Positions 55,533 through 64,000 of a DNA stretch of 64,000 nt are shown piece after piece (the first letter of the stretch is position 1; the number at the start of each line of letters is the position of its first letter). Both the position numbers and the translations under genes were made by a program. The notes under the pieces are model-generated. The model saw nothing but the letters and a program-made list of their open reading frames with translations. It was not told the DNA's origin and made no database searches. The stretch lies in NCBI GenBank assembly GCA_041613315.1, contig JBFJHJ010000013.1, forward strand, positions 6,932 through 70,931, given 5' to 3'. The stretch comes from Gemmatimonadales bacterium. GTDB taxonomy: Bacteria > Gemmatimonadota > Gemmatimonadetes > Gemmatimonadales > GWC2-71-9.

Positions 55533-57293
55533 ATGGCGACGATGGCAGCGACGATCGATCACGCCCACGCCCACGTGGACGATCGGTCGTTCCTCCGCAA
55601 GTACATCTTTTCGACCGACCACAAGATCATCGGGATTCAGTTCCTCATGTTGAGCTTGCTGTTCCTGCTGATCGGCGGCCTGCTCGCGATGATGATGCGG
55701 TGGGAGCTGGGCTTCCCGACGCAGCCGATGCCCGGCGGCACCCTGTTGCCGGAGACGATGGCGCCGGGCGGGATTCTCCTGCCGGAGTTCTACAACTCCC
55801 TCGTCACCATGCACGGCACGTTCATGGTGTTCTTCGCGATCATGCCGCTCTTGGTGGGCGTCTTCGCGAACTACTTGATCCCGCTCAAGCTCGGCGCGCC
55901 GGACATGGCGTTCCCCCGGTTGAACATGGCGTCGTTCTGGATCGCCGTGCCGGCCGGGGTCCTCATGCTCGCGGGCTTCTTCGTCGAGGGCGGCGCCGCC
56001 GGTGCCGGGTGGACGTCATACGCGCCGCTCAGCGCCAACGCCGAGTACTCCGGCGTGAGCTTGGGGCAAGAGCTCTGGTGTCTCAGTCTCGTCGTGTTGG
56101 GGCTCTCGTCAATCCTGGGCGCCACGAACTACATCACGACGGTGATCAACATGCGGGCGCCCGGGATGACCTGGTTCCGCATGCCGCTCTCGATCTGGTC
56201 GCTGTTCATCACCGCGATCCTGACGCTCCTCGCGATCCCGATTCTGTCGGGAGCGGCGATTATGCTGCTCTTCGATCAGACGATCGGGACGACCTTCTTC
56301 CTGCCGGCGGAGGGCGGGCAGCCGCTGCTGTGGCAGCACCTGTTCTGGTTCTTCGGGCACCCGGAGGTCTACATCCTCATCCTGCCGGCGATGGGCATGG
56401 TGTCGGACATCATCGCCAATGGCGCGCGCAAGCCGATCTTCGGCTATCACTCGATGGTCTACGCGATCATCGGGATCGGCTTCCTGGGCTGGATCGTGTG
56501 GGGGCACCACATGTTCCAGAGCGGGATGAACCCGACGCTCGGTACGACCTTCATGATCTCGACCATGCTGATCGCCGTCCCGTCGGCCATCAAGACGTTC
56601 AACTGGCTGGGGACCCTGTGGCGCGGCAACATCCGGCTCCACGTGCCGATGCTGCACGCGTGCGCCTTCGTGGCGATGTTCGTCATCGGCGGATTGAGCG
56701 GTGTGTACATGGCGTCGACGCCGGTCGACATCTACATCCACGACACGTACTTCATCGTGGCGCACCTGCATTACGTGCTGTTCGGCGGCAGCCTCTTCGC
56801 CCTATTCGGGGCCATCACGTTCTGGTACCCCAAGATGTTCGGCCGGATGATGAACCCGCTCTTGGGGAAGGCGCACTTCTGGCTGACGTTCCTGTTCTAC
56901 AACCTCACTTTCTTCCCGATGCACGAACTGGGGCTGCAGGGCCACATGCGTCGGATCTACGACCCGACACAGTATGCCTTCCTCCAGCACCTGCAGCCGC
57001 TCAACGAGTTCATCACGCTGAGCGCATTCCTGCTGTTCGCGGTACAGCTCATCTTCGCCGTGAACTTCATCATGAGCTGGTGGAATGGGAAGAAGGCGTC
57101 GCCGAACCCGTGGGAAGACACCGGCCTCGAGTGGAGCACGCCGTCGCCGCCGCCGCACGGCAATTGGCCGGAGACGCCGACGGTGCACCATGCGCCGTAC
57201 GAATTCAGCTCGCCGCTCGTGCAGGAGGACTACCTGATGCAGAACCGGAAGGTCGAGGGTGCGCCGGCGGCCGCGGCGTCCCGCACCGAGTGA
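55533..57293 (+). CDS. coxA: Cytochrome c oxidase subunit I, second copy, A1-type
   Basis: STDHKIIG, PDMAFPRLN, FGHPEVY, WGHH, PSAIK, HLHY, MRR. Confidence 0.97.
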   Translation: MATMAATIDHAHAHVDDRSFLRKYIFSTDHKIIGIQFLMLSLLFLLIGGLLAMMMRWELGFPTQPMPGGTLLPETMAPGGILLPEFYNSLVTMHGTFMVFFAIMPLLVGVFANYLIPLKLGAPDMAFPRLNMASFWIAVPAGVLMLAGFFVEGGAAGAGWTSYAPLSANAEYSGVSLGQELWCLSLVVLGLSSILGATNYITTVINMRAPGMTWFRMPLSIWSLFITAILTLLAIPILSGAAIMLLFDQTIGTTFFLPAEGGQPLLWQHLFWFFGHPEVYILILPAMGMVSDIIANGARKPIFGYHSMVYAIIGIGFLGWIVWGHHMFQSGMNPTLGTTFMISTMLIAVPSAIKTFNWLGTLWRGNIRLHVPMLHACAFVAMFVIGGLSGVYMASTPVDIYIHDTYFIVAHLHYVLFGGSLFALFGAITFWYPKMFGRMMNPLLGKAHFWLTFLFYNLTFFPMHELGLQGHMRRIYDPTQYAFLQHLQPLNEFITLSAFLLFAVQLIFAVNFIMSWWNGKKASPNPWEDTGLEWSTPSPPPHGNWPETPTVHHAPYEFSSPLVQEDYLMQNRKVEGAPAAAASRTE

Positions 57294-57304
57294 GCGAGGG
57301 GGGT

Positions 57305-57982
57305 ATGGCACACGCCGCAGTGATGCGCCCGCCCGCCCCGGCCGAACCGGGCGCCGGGGTCTATAACGCGAAGCTCGGGATGTGGGTTTTCCTGGGCTCA
57401 GAGGTGATGTTCTTCACGGCCCTCATCGGGTCGTACATCATTCTCCGTTTTGGGAACGAACAGTATTGGGCTCAGCCGGCGCAGATCCTGAACGTCCCGA
57501 TCACGGCGTTCAATACGTTCTGGCTCATTTGCTCCAGCGTCACGATGGTGAAGGCCTTTGCGGCCGCTCAGGACGGTAACCAGAAGGCGCTTCGTGGTTG
57601 GCTCGTCGCGACGGTCGTGATCGGCGCCATGTTCGTGGGCATTCAGGCCTACGAGTACGCCCAGCTGATCCATCTTGGGTTCCTGCCGAGCGGCTATCGA
57701 GCGGGGAGCGAGCTGGCTGAGGCCGCCGCGGCCGGAACGCCCTACCACGGGAGCGCCCTCCCCGCGTCCGTGAGCCTGTACGGCGCCACGTTCTACACCA
57801 TGACCGGGTTCCATGGCTTCCACGTGACGATGGGCGTCATCTGCATGGCGTTCGTCACGTGGAAGGCGTTCCGAGGAAGCTACACCGCCACCGATCATCG
57901 GGGCGTCGAGGTGATCGGGCTATACTGGCACTTCGTGGATCTGGTGTGGATCATTCTGTTCACCATCGTCTACCTGATCTGA
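57305..57982 (+). CDS. coxC: Cytochrome c oxidase subunit III, second copy, intact
   Basis: FLGSEVMFF, TGFHGFHV, GLYWHFVDLVW; C-terminal part of track ORF 55481..57982. Confidence 0.93.
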   Translation: MAHAAVMRPPAPAEPGAGVYNAKLGMWVFLGSEVMFFTALIGSYIILRFGNEQYWAQPAQILNVPITAFNTFWLICSSVTMVKAFAAAQDGNQKALRGWLVATVVIGAMFVGIQAYEYAQLIHLGFLPSGYRAGSELAEAAAAGTPYHGSALPASVSLYGATFYTMTGFHGFHVTMGVICMAFVTWKAFRGSYTATDHRGVEVIGLYWHFVDLVWIILFTIVYLI

Positions 57983-58033
57983 CGCCTGCAGGGCCGCGGC
58001 CCTGAGCCAACGACCCGCGCGGAGGCCGACGCG

Positions 58034-58315
58034 ATGGAGCAGACCGAGCACGCCAAACACCCGCCGTACGTGGGCATCTTTGCCGCGCTGGCGGTGCTGA
58101 CCGCCTTGGAACTGGGCGTCGCCTTCTTCGAGAACTGGCCGAAACGGGTGATCATCCTCGTCCTCGTCTTCCTGGCCATCTGGAAGGCGCTTCTGGTGGC
58201 GTTGTACTACATGCACCTGCGGTTCGAGCCCAACCGCCTCCGAATCCTCGCCCTGGCGCCACTGCCCCTCGCCGTGATCCTGGTGATCGCCGTGATCACC
58301 GAATACGTGTGGTAA
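58034..58315 (+). CDS. coxD: Cytochrome c oxidase subunit IV family protein
   Basis: 3 TM, KALLVALYYMHLRFE; GGAGG RBS. Confidence 0.88.
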   Translation: MEQTEHAKHPPYVGIFAALAVLTALELGVAFFENWPKRVIILVLVFLAIWKALLVALYYMHLRFEPNRLRILALAPLPLAVILVIAVITEYVW

Positions 58316-59178
58316 CCCTCGCCCTCACCCGCTCCCGCCTCGCCGACTACGTCGAGCTCACGAAGCCGGGGATCGTCACCCTGGTCCTCGTGACCGTCGC
58401 GGCGGGGTTCTATCTGAGCGCAAGCGCGATCACGGGGCTGCTCCTGTTCCACACGCTGTTGGGCGCGACGCTCGTTGCCGCCGGCAGCAACGCGCTGAAT
58501 CAAGTCGTGGAACGGGACGTCGACGCTCTGATGGATCGCACGCGCACCCGGCCACTGCCGGCCGGTCGGCTGGGGGTCGGCGAAGCCGCGGTGCTGGGCG
58601 CTGGGCTAAGTACGGCGGGCATCGCCTACCTCATGGCGTTCGTCAACGGGATCACGGCCGCGTTCGCGGCGGCCACCCTGGCGAGCTACGTGTTCCTCTA
58701 CACGCCCCTCAAGCGTCGCACGTCGCTCGCCACGCTCGTCGGCGCCGTGTCCGGCGCCCTCCCCATCGTGGGAGGCTGGGCGGCCGCGCGGGGTACGGTC
58801 GATTTTCCGGCCTGGGTGCTGTTCGCGCTCCTCTTCCTCTGGCAGCTGCCGCACTTTCTGGCATTGGCGTGGCTCTATCGCGACGACTACGCGCGGGCGG
58901 GCCTGCGTATGCTGAGTGTGACGGATGGGGCGGACGCCAACTTCCGCCAGGCGTTGCTCTACGCCGTGGCGTTGCTGCCCGTGAGCCTGGCGCCGAGCGT
59001 CGTGGGGACCACCGGGCGCGTGTACTTCTTCGGGGCGCTCGTGCTGTCCCTGTGGCTGATTGGGGCGACCGTCGTCGCCGCCCGGCGTCCCACGCGGCCG
59101 GCGGCGCGACGGTTGTTCGGCGTCAGCGTGGCGTACCTCCCTGCCGTCCTCGTCCTGATGATGGCGGACAAGGTCTAG
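58309..59178 (+). CDS. ctaB: Protoheme IX farnesyltransferase (heme O synthase)
   Basis: ELTKPGI, NQVVERDVDALMDRTRTRPLP, YTPLKR, WQLPHF, DDYARAG. Confidence 0.95.
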   Translation: MVTLALTRSRLADYVELTKPGIVTLVLVTVAAGFYLSASAITGLLLFHTLLGATLVAAGSNALNQVVERDVDALMDRTRTRPLPAGRLGVGEAAVLGAGLSTAGIAYLMAFVNGITAAFAAATLASYVFLYTPLKRRTSLATLVGAVSGALPIVGGWAAARGTVDFPAWVLFALLFLWQLPHFLALAWLYRDDYARAGLRMLSVTDGADANFRQALLYAVALLPVSLAPSVVGTTGRVYFFGALVLSLWLIGATVVAARRPTRPAARRLFGVSVAYLPAVLVLMMADKV

Positions 59179-59183
59179 ATACC

Positions 59184-59372
59184 GTGATCGCCTTCCACCG
59201 CTTCCTCATCGGCACCGCCATCCTCTTCTCCGCGCTCTTCGCGGCATGGGCCTTCTGGGCTTTTCGCGAACAGGGTGGCTCGGGGCTCTTGCTCCTCGGG
59301 CTGTTCTTCGTGGGGACGACGGGGGCGCTGGCGTATTACCTCAAGAACCTGAACCGCTTCCTCGGCCGATGA
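59184..59372 (+). CDS. Small 2-TM hypothetical protein
   Basis: MIAFHRFLIGTAILF...YYLKNLNRFLGR; starts 5 nt after the ctaB stop. Confidence 0.65.
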   Translation: MIAFHRFLIGTAILFSALFAAWAFWAFREQGGSGLLLLGLFFVGTTGALAYYLKNLNRFLGR

Positions 59373-59527
59373 ACCACGATCCGTCGGTCGCGATGTTCTG
59401 GGTGGGCGCATTCATGGTGTTCACGCCTCTGGTCGTGGCTGGCGTCGTGTTGTTCATCCTGTGGCGCCACAAACGGAAGACCGGGATCCCGCCGCGATCG
59501 GCCAGCGCCGCCCGCCCCGAGGCCTAG
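59369..59527 (+). CDS. Small 1-TM hypothetical protein
   Basis: ATGA overlap; hydrophobic helix followed by basic WRHKRK. Confidence 0.6.
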   Translation: MNHDPSVAMFWVGAFMVFTPLVVAGVVLFILWRHKRKTGIPPRSASAARPEA

Positions 59528-59556
59528 CCCGGAGCGGGAGCGTCTCGCCCGTCCCG

Positions 59557-61284
59557 GTGGTGCGGCCGCGCGGGCCCCGTTGGGGGGTGGCGGCCGCGAC
59601 CGCGCTGCTCGTCGTCGCCGCCTGCGCGCGGCCGACTGCTCCACCCCTCTCGCCCGCCGCCCGGGACGCCGCCCGGTTCGAGGAGTTCGTCGCACGCTAC
59701 GCGTCGGGGGCGCTTCGCGATGACGACAACGATCCCGCGCCCCCCTCGGCGGGCGTCACGGCAGCGGCCGACCGTCGCGCGCTGCGGCACGCCGGTGAAA
59801 TCCTCTCGTCGCTGGAACAGTTCGATACGACGCACTTGAACGTGCAGCAGCGCATCGACTGGCTGATGATCCGGGCGGCGGAGCGGGGCGTCGTGGCCGA
59901 CACCGTCCTGCGCAAGGCGGAGCGCGATCCCGGCCGGTACGTCACCCTCGGGAGCATCTACTGGCAGGTCGTCGGGGAGCGGGCGCCGACGCCGGAGGAC
60001 TGGAACTCGGCGCTGGCGACGCTGGAAGACGCGCCACGCGCTCTGGCGGTGGGCCGTGAACGTCTCGCGGATCCTCCCGACGTGTGGGTACGGCTGGCCC
60101 TGGGGACCGCGCAGCGCTTCGAAGCGTTCCTGGACGGGGAGTTCCTGGCGCGAGCGAGCGGCGCGCCGGACTCGCTGCGGCGACGCCTCGTCGCGGCGGC
60201 CAACGCGAGCCGTGACGCAATCCGCGGCTACGCGGCGTTCCTGCGCGACACGCTCCGTGTCGCTCCCCCGGGCTCCTGGGCCACCGGCGCCGACTACTAC
60301 GACTGGCTGCTCCGCGAGGTGCATTACCTGCCGTACACGGCGGAGAGCATGATCGCCGAGGGCCGGCGGATCCATGAAGCCACGAAGCGGGCGCTCGATT
60401 CCCTCGCGGCGCAACACGGGAGCGGCAGACCGTGGCTCGGGATGGTGAGCGACATGCAGACGCGCCACCCCGAAGCGGGTCGGATCGTGGAAGCCTATCG
60501 GACGGCCTCCCACCGGGTCCAGGCGTTCCTCATCCGCGACGACCTGATCCGCCTTCCCCCGTGCCAGGAACTCCTGTTTGTCCCGACGCCGCCGGCGCAG
60601 CGGGAGACCTACGCCTGGGGAGGGTACGGGGGGCTCCGCGAGCAGGATGGCGTGTTGCTCGGGCGGTTCTTCGTCACCGACGTCGTCCCCGAGATGAGCC
60701 CGGCGGAGGCGTCCGACAAGCTGCGGGCGCAGAACTACGGCTGGGTGAGCGTCATCGCCCTGCACGAGGGGTACCCCGGCCACCATCTCCAGCGGGTGTA
60801 TGCGCGACTCAGCCCACGGCCGCTCCGGCGCCGGATGTCCAACACGTATTTCGGTGAGGGGTGGGCGCTCTACGCCGAGCACTGGATGCGACGCGTGGGG
60901 TTGTTCACCACGCCGGACCAGCGGCTGGCCCAGCTCCAGATGCGGTTGTGGCGAACGGCCCGGGTGATCGTGGACCCGTCGCTGCATACGGGCCGCATGA
61001 CCTACGAACAGGCCGTGCGCTTCATGATGGACGAGGTGGGCTTGACCCGCTCCGCCGCGGAGGCGGAGGTGAACCGCTACACGACGTGGCCGACACAGGC
61101 GCCGAGCTACATCATCGGATGGCTGGAGATCGAGAAGCTGAAGGCCGAGCTCCAGGGCGAACTCGGCCAGCAGTTCAGCGAGAAACGGTTTCATGAGGTG
61201 CTGTTGGAGCAGGGCAGCCTGCCGCTCGCGCTGATGCGTCGGGCGGTCAGGGACGCGATGCTGGGGGCTGTGAAGCAGCGGTAG
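59557..61284 (+). CDS. DUF885-family lipoprotein (HExxxxH metallo-hydrolase-like); start approximate
   Basis: VAAC lipobox; LHEGYPGHH, EGWALYAE, RVIVD..LH, EVNRY..WPTQA.SY. Confidence 0.88.
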   Translation: MVRPRGPRWGVAAATALLVVAACARPTAPPLSPAARDAARFEEFVARYASGALRDDDNDPAPPSAGVTAAADRRALRHAGEILSSLEQFDTTHLNVQQRIDWLMIRAAERGVVADTVLRKAERDPGRYVTLGSIYWQVVGERAPTPEDWNSALATLEDAPRALAVGRERLADPPDVWVRLALGTAQRFEAFLDGEFLARASGAPDSLRRRLVAAANASRDAIRGYAAFLRDTLRVAPPGSWATGADYYDWLLREVHYLPYTAESMIAEGRRIHEATKRALDSLAAQHGSGRPWLGMVSDMQTRHPEAGRIVEAYRTASHRVQAFLIRDDLIRLPPCQELLFVPTPPAQRETYAWGGYGGLREQDGVLLGRFFVTDVVPEMSPAEASDKLRAQNYGWVSVIALHEGYPGHHLQRVYARLSPRPLRRRMSNTYFGEGWALYAEHWMRRVGLFTTPDQRLAQLQMRLWRTARVIVDPSLHTGRMTYEQAVRFMMDEVGLTRSAAEAEVNRYTTWPTQAPSYIIGWLEIEKLKAELQGELGQQFSEKRFHEVLLEQGSLPLALMRRAVRDAMLGAVKQR

Positions 61285-61428
61285 GACGGTGCCCCGGTGC
61301 CCGTCGGCGGTACCCGTTGGGGCTCCAACGCGGCGGCGGGCGCACCGGCCCGACTCGATCGAACCCACGCACCCGCCGCATCTATGTCCAGGCCGGCCCG
61401 AACGGCCGGCTCACCGAGAACGCGGGGC

Positions 61429-63000
61429 CTAGCTGCCGCCCGCTCGGATGCGCACGACGCTTCTCACGGAAGCATCGCGGCGCACCTGCAGCACCCGCAG
61501 CGAGACGATCTCGCCGGAGCGTACAGTGGCCAGCGCCCCGCGCAACTCCTCCAGCGTTTGCACCCTTTGGCCGTTTACGTGCGTGATGATGTCGAGCACG
61601 CCCTGTTGCGGGCTCGCGGGGAACAGGCCTTTGTCCCGGGCGGGCCCGTCGGGGTCCACGCGCGTGATCAGGAGACCGCGATTGTCAGCCCCGATCCGAG
61701 GATCGCCCGACGCGTCCCGGGCGGTAAGTGGCTCGACGCTCACGCCCAGCTTCGTCTCGTACGGCGCCGACTCCTCGCGCTCGCCGGTGCCGCCGCGCGC
61801 GACCTGGCTGGGCTCGGTGGCCGCCTCCGTCAGTCGCACCGTGTAGCTGTCACGCACGCCGCCCTGGCGTTGGACGGTGACCCGGATCCGCTCGCCGGGC
61901 CGCTTGAAGCCCACGATTTGCTGGAGCTGCGCGACGTAATCGATCCGGTGGCCGTCTACCTCGACGATCACGTCACCGGGCTGGAGCCCGGCACGCTTCG
62001 CCGGGCTGTTGTCGTCGGCGAAATCCGTGACCATGACGCCGCGGATGTCCTTGAGGCCGACGTACGCCGCGTCCTCGGGGTCGACGGGACGAATCCGGAT
62101 CCCCAGCGCCGCGCGGGTCACCTTTCCTTCGCGGATGAGTTGGTCCGCCACGGTGCGGGCGAGCTTGATTGGAATCGCGAAGCTGTAGCCGGTATAGGTG
62201 CCGGTCTGGCTCGCGATCGCCGAGTTTACGCCCACCACCTGACCGCGGATGTTGACCAACGGGCCGCCGGAGTTGCCCGGGTTGATCGCCGCGTCAGTCT
62301 GAATGAAGTCCTGGATATCCCAGTCGCCGCGCTGCAGACCTCCCAGGGCGCGGCCGCGGCCGCTCACGATCCCCGCGGTCACCGTAAAGGAGAACGCCTG
62401 CCCGAAGGGGTTGCCGATCGCGAGCACCCACTCGCCGATCCTGAGCGAGTCGGAGTCGCCGAACGCGGCGGCGGGGAGGTTCTTGCCGTCGATCTTGATC
62501 ACGGCCACGTCGGTGTTGGGATCCCGCCCCACGACCGTGGCGCTGAAGTGCCGGCCGTCGAGGAGAGTCACCTCGAGCCGGTCGAAGCCCTCCACGACGT
62601 GGTTGTTGGTCATGACGTAGCCGTCGGGCGAGATCAGGAACCCGCTGCCCTGGCCGCGCTGCGGCTGCGGCTGCAGGTCGGGCGCGTCGGGGAAAAACCG
62701 GTCGAAGGGCGGCGGCACGTCGGGTCGCCGGCGTTCTGCGCGGCCGGAGCGGCTCTCCGACACGATGTAGACCACGGCCGGCCGGACGGCCTCCGCCACG
62801 GCCACGAAAACGTTACTGAAGTCCTCCGCCGGCTTGGCGGGAATGACGGGCGCCGGCCGGCCGGTCAGGGCCACCGCGGCGGCGGGCTGCTGGGCCACCG
62901 AGCGCTCCGGCCAGTCCAACACCGCCAGGAACCCCACGGCCAGCACCGCGGCCAGCGCGACGAGGGTACCGAATTTCAGCCAATCTCTGGTTCTCGACAT
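61429..63000 (-). CDS. degP: HtrA/DegP-family serine protease with two PDZ domains
   Basis: GSGF, TNNHVV, DVAV, QTDAAINPGNSGGPL. Confidence 0.93.
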   Translation of the reverse strand: MSRTRDWLKFGTLVALAAVLAVGFLAVLDWPERSVAQQPAAAVALTGRPAPVIPAKPAEDFSNVFVAVAEAVRPAVVYIVSESRSGRAERRRPDVPPPFDRFFPDAPDLQPQPQRGQGSGFLISPDGYVMTNNHVVEGFDRLEVTLLDGRHFSATVVGRDPNTDVAVIKIDGKNLPAAAFGDSDSLRIGEWVLAIGNPFGQAFSFTVTAGIVSGRGRALGGLQRGDWDIQDFIQTDAAINPGNSGGPLVNIRGQVVGVNSAIASQTGTYTGYSFAIPIKLARTVADQLIREGKVTRAALGIRIRPVDPEDAAYVGLKDIRGVMVTDFADDNSPAKRAGLQPGDVIVEVDGHRIDYVAQLQQIVGFKRPGERIRVTVQRQGGVRDSYTVRLTEAATEPSQVARGGTGEREESAPYETKLGVSVEPLTARDASGDPRIGADNRGLLITRVDPDGPARDKGLFPASPQQGVLDIITHVNGQRVQTLEELRGALATVRSGEIVSLRVLQVRRDASVRSVVRIRAGGS

Positions 63001-63072
63001 ATGCTCCCACTGCGTGGGGCGCGCGGAGCCGGAGCCCGGGCGCCGTCGATGTGACGGTTATCTGTTCAGTTC

Positions 63073-63119
63073 AATCTAAACCCGGATCGGCGGGAGATGT
63101 TTCCGCCCGCCGATCCGGG
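63073..63119 (-). terminator. Intrinsic terminator after dnaK
   Basis: 14-bp stem CCCGGATCGGCGGG/CCCGCCGATCCGGG followed on the minus strand by TTTAGATT. Confidence 0.75.
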
Positions 63120-63124
63120 GGGCC

Positions 63125-64000
63125 TCAGGACTTCGAGTCGTCCATGATCTCGTAGTCCGCCTCGACGACGTCCTCTTTGTCCTTGCTGGTGCCGGCCGCC
63201 GCCTCGTCGGGCGGCGGCGTGCCGGGTTCGCCAGTCTGTGCCTGCGCCGCCTGATACATCGAGGCGCCCGCCGCCGAATAGGCTTGAGACAGCTCTTCGA
63301 GGGCTTGACCGATTTCCGCTTCGGCGCCAGACCGCAGCGCCTGCTTCGCCCCGTCCAGCGCGGCGTTCAGCCGGTCCCGGTGCGCCGTCTCCAGGCGATC
63401 CGCCCACTCCTTCGAGTTCTTCTCGACGTCGTAGACCATGGCGTCCAGCCGGTTCCGCTGTTCGATCGTCTCGCGACGCTCCTTGTCCTCCGCGGCGTGC
63501 TGCTCCGCGTCCGTGACCATCCGCTCGATCTCGCTGTCCGACAGCCCGCTGGACGCCTCGATCCGGATCTTCTGCTCTTTGCCGGTGGCTTTGTCCTTCG
63601 CCGACACGTGCAGGATGCCGTTGGCGTCGATATCGAACGTCACCTCGACCTGCGGCATGCCGCGCGGTGCGGGCGGGATGCCCGTGAGCTGGAAGCGGCC
63701 GATGGTGCGGTTGTCGATCGCCATCTTCCGTTCGCCCTGCAGCACGTGGATCTCCACCGTCGTCTGGTTGTCCTCCGCCGTCGAGAACACCTCCGACTTC
63801 TTGGTCGGGATCGTCGTGTTGCGGGCGATGAGTACCGTGGCAACGCCGCCCAACGTCTCGATCCCGAGCGAGAGCGGCGTCACGTCGAGGAGCAGGACGT
63901 CCTTGACGTCGCCCGCCAGCACCCCCCCCTGGATCGCGGCGCCGATCCCCACGACCTCGTCGGGGTTTACGCCCTTGTGCGGTTCTTTGCCGAAGAAGTC
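63125..64000 (-). CDS. dnaK: Hsp70 chaperone, 3' part (5' end outside the window)
   Basis: [50 protein letters not shown]. Confidence 0.97.
   Translation of the reverse strand, partial: DFFGKEPHKGVNPDEVVGIGAAIQGGVLAGDVKDVLLLDVTPLSLGIETLGGVATVLIARNTTIPTKKSEVFSTAEDNQTTVEIHVLQGERKMAIDNRTIGRFQLTGIPPAPRGMPQVEVTFDIDANGILHVSAKDKATGKEQKIRIEASSGLSDSEIERMVTDAEQHAAEDKERRETIEQRNRLDAMVYDVEKNSKEWADRLETAHRDRLNAALDGAKQALRSGAEAEIGQALEELSQAYSAAGASMYQAAQAQTGEPGTPPPDEAAAGTSKDKEDVVEADYEIMDDSKS

Noticed and set aside
55481..57982. 833-aa ORF suggesting a subunit I-III fusion or frameshift
   Set aside because: Only the part from ATG 57305 is subunit III; the rest is an off-frame overlap of intact coxA, which has its own stop, and coxC has its own RBS

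Overview
High-GC bacterial chromosomal window, almost fully coding; gene style and a GGCGGTAG-type octamer repeat suggest Gemmatimonadota (inference only). No rRNA, tRNA, CRISPR array, transposase or phage gene was seen. Left to right: a DUF1259 gene and ppc; a chemosensory operon (hpt-cheY-cheA-cheW-mcp-HEAT-cheR-cheB-cheY-cheC) behind a CRP-like box; a minus-strand block of TRAP and ABC transporters and many exported hydrolases; then a ~20 kb respiratory region; then DUF885, degP and the 3' part of dnaK. The respiratory region holds (i) a caa3-type oxidase operon whose subunit III has an in-frame TGA at the conserved Trp of YWHFVD; (ii) a putative maturation cassette (Mrp ATPase, Zn-ribbon protein, ferredoxin, tandem-USP protein, AhbD-like radical SAM enzyme) carrying four PCP_red-like domains; and (iii) in the same tightly packed run, a CydA-like protein with no Q-loop and no CydB, three membrane c-type cytochromes (5 CxxCH), a candidate blue-copper lipoprotein and a second complete A1-type heme-copper oxidase. 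Parts (ii)+(iii) are the best candidate for an uncharacterised system. All calls are from motif reading by eye; no database search was run.
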